This document shows, in pieces, positions 19,927 to 26,940 of a DNA stretch of 61,104 bases. The notes beneath the pieces are model-generated. The model searched no databases and had not been told where the DNA came from. It worked only from the letters and a program-made list of their open reading frames with translations. This stretch comes from Candidatus Woesebacteria bacterium (GTDB lineage Bacteria; Patescibacteriota; Microgenomatia; UBA8517): the NCBI GenBank assembly GCA_027347685.1, contig DAIEQM010000044.1, forward strand, positions 1 through 61,104. Reading direction: 5' to 3'. Position numbers and translations under genes: made by a program. Within the stretch, counting starts at the first letter, position 1; every line of letters starts with the position of its first letter.

Positions 19927-20094
19927 GGAAGTTTAATCACCCAAAGGAGTTAGTTCTCATGATTTCATGGAAATTATGTGCGACCAAAGGAGCCTTCCGC
20001 ATTACATTCTCGCTATACTAGGAAGGGGGTGATCATTTATTCTATCGACTTTCCGTGAGGAGAGTCGGGCCGGGTTTAACTCACCCGGTTTTTT
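19927..20094 (+). ncRNA. Candidate structured RNA unit 1 (may carry a 20-codon ORF at 19959-20021)
   Basis: TTGAAA-16-CACAAT upstream; stems ATCACCC/GGGTGAT, CCTTCC/GGAAGG, CATGATTTC/GAAATTATG, CGACTTTCC-GTGA-GGAGAGTCG; terminator 20070-20094. Confidence 0.4.
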
Positions 20095-20099
20095 ATTTA

Positions 20100-20128
20100 T
20101 TGACACAAAAGTGTGTACGAAGTATAAA
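20100..20128 (+). promoter_or_regulatory. sigma70 promoter, unit 2
   Basis: TTGACA-17-TATAAA. Confidence 0.75.
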
Positions 20129-20134
20129 AAAGTA

Positions 20135-20377
20135 CCGTACCACACGAAAGGAGCAAGAAGTGTATTCGATACTCCGTGGTCAGAGTGTGAAAGGGTGTAA
20201 GACGAACATTCGTCGTATGAAGCATCCTTTAGCTGTTTAATTTCATTTGCGCTGATAATCAAAAAATTAAATAGTTAAATTTTTGCGATGAAAGTCGCCC
20301 CAACTCACTCTGAAGGTGACTGTGAAGCCGTGAGCTTCCAAAAGCATTGGGCGAGGAAACACCTCGCCCTTTCATTT
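20135..20377 (+). ncRNA. Candidate structured RNA unit 2 (may carry a 26-codon ORF at 20160-20240)
   Basis: Stems ACCAC/GTGGT, GGAG/CTCC, AGGGTGT/GCATCCT, GCGAT-GAAA-GTCGC, GAAGC/GCTTC; terminator GGGCGAGG/CCTCGCCC. Confidence 0.45.
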
Positions 20378-20386
20378 GTCAAAAAA

Positions 20387-20415
20387 TTGACAAACTATGA
20401 GTTGTTTGATATAGT
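20387..20415 (+). promoter_or_regulatory. sigma70 promoter, unit 3
   Basis: TTGACA-17-TATAGT with TG extension. Confidence 0.75.
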
Positions 20416-20420
20416 ACCCA

Positions 20421-20951
20421 CATAGCTGTTGGTCTCAGGTGTTCCTGACGCCCACTGCTCGTTTTTTTTCGCCAATTAACCGGTTTTTTTAGAAGGGACG
20501 GTCAATTTGAAAGATCACATTCCTATTTGGGGGCAAACCCTGCTTGAATCTTTTTATATTGCCAACTGTGCTGATCTGACCGCCGCCGTGCTGCCCGGGC
20601 GCCCTGTGTAGGGCCAACTCCCCGGCTTCGGCTGTAATTGACAAAGAACGTTTGGGCCGCTAAGTGGATTGCGGCCCTTACACTATCGATAAGTCTGATT
20701 AACAAGGGGGAACCCGATTTGATTTACCGGTATTCATAGCTATTTAACTTACGATTTTCGAGGGCTTTGTCCCAATTAACGCCTTGAGTGGCGCCTTAAT
20801 TGTTCGACCCCAGGTCGAACGTAGACAAATCTCGGGTATTTAAATTCTTGCAAAGTCGTGGCTTGACCACCGCTTTGAGCTGGAAGCCTCGGAAGAGTCG
20901 AACAGGTCTGTTCATCCGTTTCCTGTATCAGGAACGAACAGACCTCTTTTT
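20421..20951 (+). ncRNA. Candidate large (~530 nt) structured ncRNA, unit 3
   Basis: No credible ORF; nested and long-range stems, cUUCGg loop, terminator AGGTCTGTTC/GAACAGACCT plus T-tract. Confidence 0.55.
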
Positions 20952-20962
20952 GTGCCTTATAG

Positions 20963-20991
20963 TTGACACATTATGGGTGGTATGCTATAGT
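20963..20991 (+). promoter_or_regulatory. sigma70 promoter, unit 4
   Basis: TTGACA-17-TATAGT with TG extension. Confidence 0.75.
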
Positions 20992-20997
20992 ATCTCC

Positions 20998-21311
20998 ACT
21001 TGACCGCAAAAGTGAACCGCGGCAGGTTTCTCTGGAGGGCTAATGCCCGACAAGAAAAAAGGACCTCATCGGGTCCCACATTAAGTAATCAGCCTCGGCT
21101 GATACATAAACCGAGTCGCGGATGCGACAAAAAATTTGTTATCCACCACAAAGTGGATGCATCGGAGGAAGGTCCTTAAATCAAGCTCTGGATAAGATCC
21201 GTTGACCTTAATCTTTGCCGAATGAGGTGAAGGTAAGTCAGTCAAGGCTCCATCTCAACGATTTTCCTTCCACCTGTACGTTCGAGCCGCTTCGATGAGC
21301 GGCTCTTTTTT
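20998..21311 (+). ncRNA. Candidate ~310 nt multibranch structured ncRNA, unit 4
   Basis: 5'/3' closing stem GCAGGT/ACCTGT, several internal hairpins, terminator GAGCCGCT/AGCGGCTC-T6. Confidence 0.55.
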
Positions 21312-21316
21312 GTGGC

Positions 21317-22126
21317 TTACAGAGGCAATCTCCACTTGGTGAAGCAGCCAGGATATTCAATAGCTACTCCCCCAAAGCTTTTCTTGAAGTGCGTAAACCC
21401 TTTCCATTTTTCATTTGGAAAACGCTCGTCATAAATTCCTTCAAAATCAAAGATCTTTGCTTTATTGCGTTGAGCCCACTGAATGCCACTCCAAAGGACT
21501 TTATACTGAATAAGGCTCTTCCGGGCAAAATCGTCAGTAAACCCTACCCAGTAATAACACGTGCTGTCTGCCACTAAAAACATGGCTCCTGAGGTATGAA
21601 ATTTATTCATAATAATCACCATATTTTTGCCAAATGCATCTTTGAACGCTTGTAGTTCGGAAAGAGGCAGTACATGCCGTTTATGTCCGACAGCTTCTTT
21701 CCATGCCTTTCTGAACGTTTCTATTTCTTGCGATTCATACACGACGAGTTTCTCTGACTTTCGAATTGAATAGCGCGCATCCTTTTTCATTTGTGACAAT
21801 ACTTTTTGGAGCGGCAGTGAAATATCGAGTTGCAAAGTTTTAGTGGGAAGGTATGGAGTGTTTGACAGTCTATATCCGGCTATGCCTAAAAGATTTCGAG
21901 CTTTTTTTGTTAACACTTCTGGCTCGATAATGATTTGAAAAACGCGAAATTTTTTACACAAAAAATCAATGTCTGAAAGCTGAAAATCTCTCGTTCGTTG
22001 GAGCTTAATAGCTGAACCTAAAATAGGAATTTTTTTTATGAAATATTGGCGATTTTTGTAATCGATCACTTCCCATCCGATTTTTCTCAAAAACGCTCCA
22101 TATTGACTCGTTTGCCGAAGATCCAT
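21317..22126 (-). CDS. FemAB-family peptidoglycan bridge aminoacyl transferase
   Basis: Q...Y, RYSIRK, FDFEGI, GFTHFK..FGG. Confidence 0.85.
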   Translation of the reverse strand: MDLRQTSQYGAFLRKIGWEVIDYKNRQYFIKKIPILGSAIKLQRTRDFQLSDIDFLCKKFRVFQIIIEPEVLTKKARNLLGIAGYRLSNTPYLPTKTLQLDISLPLQKVLSQMKKDARYSIRKSEKLVVYESQEIETFRKAWKEAVGHKRHVLPLSELQAFKDAFGKNMVIIMNKFHTSGAMFLVADSTCYYWVGFTDDFARKSLIQYKVLWSGIQWAQRNKAKIFDFEGIYDERFPNEKWKGFTHFKKSFGGVAIEYPGCFTKWRLPL

Positions 22127-23065
22127 TTAAGAAAATTTTGCTTTAAATTTCAGTATTTTCCAACGCAGATATTCAGCTATTCGATACCCCCAGTATAACG
22201 GTGAACACACCAAGTCCCACGTGCCCAAAAACTCTACAATTTTTGGATTATACCCCTCTTTAAATTTGGTGAAGCCTTTCCCTTCTTCACGTCCCCATAA
22301 GTCAAAGGATTTGAGTTTGTGTCTTTTTCCAAATTTAATGGCTTCCCACATCATAAGGTTGGGAGCCATAACGTTCTTGTACTCATCGCTTGATGCACCG
22401 TAGGGGTAGTACAAAGTATCTTTCCAGATAAAAAGGATCCACGCAGCGAGTGTTTTTTTATCAAACGTAGCAGAAAGAATATGGGCAACCCCCGCTTTGT
22501 GCATCGTGCTCCACATAAGTTCGTGATACTTTTTTGTATGAACAAAAAAGCCTTGCCTTTTTGCCGTTTCCTCGGTGAGCCTCCAATACGTTTCAAACGC
22601 TTTATCTGAATTGTCTTCTTTTATGGTTACCCCTTTCTTCTCTGCGAGGCGGATATTATATCTGGTTTTCTGATTAAAGCTTTTAAGTAAGTCATCTTCC
22701 GACTTTGTGAGATCGATGGTAAATGTTGACGGAGTAAAAAGAGTTTTACCAGAAATTGCTCCATGTTCTTTTAAAAGCGAAATATCTGAATTGTTTTTTA
22801 ATACATTGGGCTCTAACTTTACAAACAAAATATTGTTTTTTGAAGCATAATCTCGAAGCTCCTCAATCATTTTCTTTGTAGGCTTGGGGCCTTTGTTGAA
22901 AATTGCAACTTTGAAGGGCAGAAAGTACAGCTTGTGCACCGTTATTTGACCAAAAGAAAATCGTACCACTTCATTACCCCATTTTTTGCGAAATTCCCCC
23001 CATGCCCATGATTGCAGTGGGTGCGTTGCAATCGTATCAATTGTTTTTTCTGAAATCTCCCGCAT
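22127..23065 (-). CDS. FemAB/FemX-family lipid II aminoacyl transferase
   Basis: HPLQSW.WG, KTRYNIRLA.KKG, YYPYGAS, FDLWG, GFTKFK. Confidence 0.9.
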   Translation of the reverse strand: MREISEKTIDTIATHPLQSWAWGEFRKKWGNEVVRFSFGQITVHKLYFLPFKVAIFNKGPKPTKKMIEELRDYASKNNILFVKLEPNVLKNNSDISLLKEHGAISGKTLFTPSTFTIDLTKSEDDLLKSFNQKTRYNIRLAEKKGVTIKEDNSDKAFETYWRLTEETAKRQGFFVHTKKYHELMWSTMHKAGVAHILSATFDKKTLAAWILFIWKDTLYYPYGASSDEYKNVMAPNLMMWEAIKFGKRHKLKSFDLWGREEGKGFTKFKEGYNPKIVEFLGTWDLVCSPLYWGYRIAEYLRWKILKFKAKFS

Positions 23066-23164
23066 GTCTATTATTTTAACATTGTTGGTAATTGAAACCC
23101 ATAGTTGATAAATCAACCCTTGTGGATTATTCTATACATGAGGTTCACCAAAAAGGAGCTCGGC

Positions 23165-23443
23165 ATGAAGACAGACAGTAATTTAGAGCTTTCACCCTTA
23201 ATGGTTAAAGCAAAGAGTCTTTTGAAGAAGCATCGAATCTTTCTCTCCCAACGAGCGGGTCTTTTGACACGAGATTCAGCATGGAACAGTGGACTTTCAG
23301 CAGAATGGCATGGAAAAAAGCGGTATGGAAATCGGGTAAGCCACCAGGTGTCTATTACCTTTACTCACCGCGAAGGAAGTGCCGCAGTCGAAGTTTTTGA
23401 CCTTCATGACGAAGTTACAATATTAGTGTGTCCGTGTCTTTAG
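23165..23443 (+). CDS. Hypothetical protein (stand-alone cassette)
   Basis: AAGGAG SD before ATG 23165; hairpin 23451-23476 follows. Confidence 0.55.
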   Translation: MKTDSNLELSPLMVKAKSLLKKHRIFLSQRAGLLTRDSAWNSGLSAEWHGKKRYGNRVSHQVSITFTHREGSAAVEVFDLHDEVTILVCPCL

Positions 23444-23475
23444 TTTTTCTACTCCCCGGCTCATATGTCGGGGAG

Positions 23476-25299
23476 TTAATATTCTTCACGATCAAATGAA
23501 TATTCAATTCTGACTTTGGAGAAGTTTTCGGTAGTATCCAATATTTTTTCGGGGATGTCTATCAAAAATCTCGATGGTGGATTACTTGTCCTTTGTCCAA
23601 AGTACAGCCTATGATCTGCATAGGTAAGATATAACACTTCCTTTGCACGAGTGAGGCCCACATACGCAAGCCGTCGCTCCTCCTCCAGTTGTGTGGTGTC
23701 CCAGAGTGCGCGTGAGTGGGGAAACAATCCTTCTTCCATGCCAATTAAAAATACAACAGGAAACTCCAGACCTTTTGCGGCATGGAGGGTCATCAAGGTG
23801 ACGCCATTTTTTGCATCACCATGAGAGTTTTCCTCAGCTTCCACGAGGGAAACGTTTTCTAGAAAGTCCGAAAGAACTGGGAATTCAGACGCGACTGAGC
23901 GCAATTCCTTTATGTTATCAAGCTTATTCATGTTCTCCTCTGATTCTCGTGCGTATTTGCTCGTGTAGTCAGTAACTTGCAAAATCTTGTCTAATATCTC
24001 GAGTGTCGTTATTTTTTCATTAGCGAGGAGTGTATCTTTTACCTCGTTGAATTTTTCGAGTCTACGCTTGCCTATTTTTTCGGCTCTCATTTCTGAAACG
24101 CGGTCGTCCGGATTTTGAAGGAGCCTTAAATAACAAAGTACATCTCTTATTTCAGCTCTATCGTAAAAACGTGTACCTCCAACAAGGGTGTAAGGAATAC
24201 CTTCATGCAAGAATGCCTCTTCCAACACACGTGACTGTGCGTTTGTGCGGTAGAGAACAGCAATATCGTGGTATTCATAGCCAGTTCTTGTTAGAAGTCG
24301 AACTTTTTGTGCAATAAATGAAGCTTCGAGTAATCCGGTTTCAGCTTTGTACAGTTTTATTCGCTCACCTGTTCCGTTTTCGGTCCAGAGCTCTAAAATA
24401 GGGTGGGAGGTGTTTTTAGAGATAACTGCATTCGCCGCTTCCAATATGTTTTCAGTTGATCGGTAATTTTGAGAAAGCTTTATAACTTTGAGATCGGGAT
24501 AATCATCTTTAATATAATTAATGTTTTTATAGTCGGCTCCACGCCAACTGTAAATTGACTGACTGGCGTCGCCAACGGCTGTGATAAAGCCATCACCCAC
24601 GAGGAGTTTCGTAAGGTTATATTGAACTTTGTTTGTGTCTTGCCACTCATCAACGAACACATATTTCAAGCGATTATTCCATTTTTCTAAAATCTCTTTT
24701 TTTTGTGATAAGAGCTTTACGCTTTTAATTAACAAATCATCAAAGTCCAGGGCTTGAGCTTTTTGCAAATATTTTTCGTATTCTTGGTATACCACAAATG
24801 CTTTTTCTTGAACTTCACCTCTCACAAACTCTCCAAATTCCAAAGGGCCGATCATTTGATTTTTGGCTTCATTGATCATCCCACCAATAGCTGCTGGATT
24901 ATATGATTCTTGAGAAATTTTCAAATTATCCATGATGTCTTTGATTGCATCTTTTTGGTCATTGGTGTCATAAATAACAAAGTTTGGATTAATGCCAATT
25001 TCAGCACCATCTATTCTCAGGAGTCTGACACAAAAGCTATGAAAAGTTCCGGCAAAATACGGAAGTGAACTGGTAAGAGCGGCGATGCGATCTTTCATTT
25101 CAGCAGCAGCTTTATTGGTGAAGGTTAACAGGAGTATGGCGTTCCCGGGAATATGTTTTTCGTTCATAAGCCATGCTGCTCGGTACGTGAGCACTCTCGT
25201 TTTTCCACTTCCGGCACCCGCCAATACTAGTAAATTGCCACCATCATAGGTAACTGCCGACAACTGTTCTTTGTTGAGAGAAGAGAGATCAAGACTCAT
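23476..25299 (-). CDS. pcrA: ATP-dependent DNA helicase PcrA/UvrD
   Basis: AGAGSGKT, DEWQDTN, LYRTNAQSR, TLHAAKGLEF, EEERRL.YV..TRA, PSRF. Confidence 0.93.
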   Translation of the reverse strand: MSLDLSSLNKEQLSAVTYDGGNLLVLAGAGSGKTRVLTYRAAWLMNEKHIPGNAILLLTFTNKAAAEMKDRIAALTSSLPYFAGTFHSFCVRLLRIDGAEIGINPNFVIYDTNDQKDAIKDIMDNLKISQESYNPAAIGGMINEAKNQMIGPLEFGEFVRGEVQEKAFVVYQEYEKYLQKAQALDFDDLLIKSVKLLSQKKEILEKWNNRLKYVFVDEWQDTNKVQYNLTKLLVGDGFITAVGDASQSIYSWRGADYKNINYIKDDYPDLKVIKLSQNYRSTENILEAANAVISKNTSHPILELWTENGTGERIKLYKAETGLLEASFIAQKVRLLTRTGYEYHDIAVLYRTNAQSRVLEEAFLHEGIPYTLVGGTRFYDRAEIRDVLCYLRLLQNPDDRVSEMRAEKIGKRRLEKFNEVKDTLLANEKITTLEILDKILQVTDYTSKYARESEENMNKLDNIKELRSVASEFPVLSDFLENVSLVEAEENSHGDAKNGVTLMTLHAAKGLEFPVVFLIGMEEGLFPHSRALWDTTQLEEERRLAYVGLTRAKEVLYLTYADHRLYFGQRTSNPPSRFLIDIPEKILDTTENFSKVRIEYSFDREEY

Positions 25300-25314
25300 A
25301 TTGAAGAGAATACA

Positions 25315-25743
25315 CTACTCAGCTTTATTTATATACTTTCGAACCGTATCGACAACTTGTTCGGGAGTATACATCGCTTTCACCAAGTACTCTTTTAACC
25401 CGAGTTCTTGAGCCTTTTGCTTTTGAGGAAGTTCTGCAAGATTGGTAAGAGCCAGTACTGGAGGAAGTGTTGCCCCTTCATTTTTTAGTTTTTCAATGAG
25501 TGAGAGGCCATCGATTTTTGGAATATGAAGATCAAGGAGTACGCAGTCTGGTGTTTCTGATTTTAGGGTATTGTACGCAGTCTCACCATCTTTCGCTGAA
25601 ATTACTTCAAAACCTTCTATCGTGAATTTTTCGGTATACATACGAAGCAGCGTATCGTCATCTTCAATAATCATCACTCTCGGCTTGGTGGGAGCCATGT
25701 GATAATTGGTTGGTTCGGGAGCAACAGGAGAAACAGTATCCAT
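25315..25743 (-). CDS. Single-domain response regulator (receiver only)
   Basis: IIEDD, LLDL..P..DG, LTN, YLVK. Confidence 0.9.
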   Translation of the reverse strand: MDTVSPVAPEPTNYHMAPTKPRVMIIEDDDTLLRMYTEKFTIEGFEVISAKDGETAYNTLKSETPDCVLLDLHIPKIDGLSLIEKLKNEGATLPPVLALTNLAELPQKQKAQELGLKEYLVKAMYTPEQVVDTVRKYINKAE

Positions 25744-25764
25744 GTTGGAATTTATTGTAGCACA

Positions 25765-26940
25765 TTAGAATATTACCCATCCAAAAATATTTATCCAAAC
25801 TACTCCCCAGAGGTTTACGATTACTCCTAATAAGAGGAGAATCCAGTGAATTTTTTTTAGTCCCATCTTCTCTACCCCTAATGCGGTCAGTAAAATAAGA
25901 AACGGATAAAAATCAATTGCGAACCGATATCCAAATTGAGCAAAGCCGTTACTTCCATGTGCCAGTACAAACAGAAAGATCGGAAGTATCGCAGCCCACA
26001 GGTACTGAACGAGTTTCCTTTTGATCGGAGCAAAAAATGCAAATATAAATGCGGGGGTGGTAATCCAGATTGATAATCCATTCCAACTGGGTTCAATAAA
26101 CGGTTTTTCATTTAGTATTTTTGGGAAACTCCAAAATGCTGTTTGCAAGTTTCGAGGGATATATATGACGTTTTCAATTCCATTTGAAAACCATGGTTCG
26201 TCAAAAACCCCAGGAATCAAAAGATATCCTTTGTCCCAAATGACTCCAAATCTCATGAAGTTATACGCAAAGCCAATGAAACCCATGATAAGCAGTCCTA
26301 CCCCAAACGAAACATATCGTTGTTTTTTTCCAGAAAGTAAATACAAAAAAACCGGAATTGAGAAAATGGTGTGAACCCGCGATAAATAAGCGGCGCCGAG
26401 ACAGAGTCCAACCAAAAATGCTTTCTTACTGGTCGATAGGTATATGGCCAAAAACAGAAAGAAAACTGCAGTAAGTTGCCCTAAATACCAGCTCGAGCCT
26501 ACAGACGCTTCAAACCACATAATGGTACCCACTGCGGTGAGAATGGCAGTCCAAAGTGGTGTTTTAGAGTGTTCTTTTGAGAACTTTTGAGCAATACGAT
26601 ATGACAACACGACGCTACCTGCGGCAAGGGTGTGTGCAATAATTTGTTGAGGAAATGAAACTCCAAAAATAAGCACGAACGGAATTGCAACGATGGCAGG
26701 CATAGGGGAATAGGGAACGTACCATCGGTTTAATCCTGCAGGAATCAATTCTGATAGCCACGAAGGGCTTTCGGTTATGTATAATCTGCCGTGTATGAGC
26801 GCGTCTGCTAACCGTGTAAAATAGTCGTATGGGGTGTTACCACCACTCGTTATGAAAAAAATTAAAAAGCACACGAAAAAAATAACCACCGGAGAATTGA
26901 AGCGAAAACTGCTTATTTTGTTTTTAGGATCCTTTATCAT
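25765..26940 (-). CDS. Putative GT-C fold membrane glycosyltransferase
   Basis: LADAL..G.L, Y..P.PA, YN..RFG, FGYRF motifs, about 11 TMs; start uncertain. Confidence 0.7.
   Translation of the reverse strand: MIKDPKNKISSFRFNSPVVIFFVCFLIFFITSGGNTPYDYFTRLADALIHGRLYITESPSWLSELIPAGLNRWYVPYSPMPAIVAIPFVLIFGVSFPQQIIAHTLAAGSVVLSYRIAQKFSKEHSKTPLWTAILTAVGTIMWFEASVGSSWYLGQLTAVFFLFLAIYLSTSKKAFLVGLCLGAAYLSRVHTIFSIPVFLYLLSGKKQRYVSFGVGLLIMGFIGFAYNFMRFGVIWDKGYLLIPGVFDEPWFSNGIENVIYIPRNLQTAFWSFPKILNEKPFIEPSWNGLSIWITTPAFIFAFFAPIKRKLVQYLWAAILPIFLFVLAHGSNGFAQFGYRFAIDFYPFLILLTALGVEKMGLKKIHWILLLLGVIVNLWGVVWINIFGWVIF

Noticed and set aside
20285..20298. GCGATGAAAGTCGC resembles the upper stem of group II intron domain V
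   Set aside because: No AGC/CGC triad, lower stem, domain VI or maturase
20881..20903. Minus-strand GTTCGACTCTTCCGAGGCTTCCA looks like a tRNA 3' end or att site
   Set aside because: The T-stem does not pair, the CCA register is off, and there is no matching tRNA or integrase in the window
20002..21003. ORF-track entries 20002-20262, 20055-20240 (long form), 20523-20705, 20800-21003
   Set aside because: They lack SD or leaderless signals, and run across promoters, terminators or strong RNA stems; likely spurious
21049..21177. RNase P RNA-like strings (GAGGAAGGTCC, with ACAAGAA upstream), possibly a permuted RNase P
   Set aside because: Order is reversed relative to CR-I/CR-V, the putative P4 lacks the bulged U, and other conserved regions were not found. 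Revisit only if the genome lacks rnpB.
19897..21316. CRISPR array, retron or tmRNA as explanation of the island
   Set aside because: No direct repeats with spacers, no reverse transcriptase or cas genes, no tmRNA acceptor/T-arm ends
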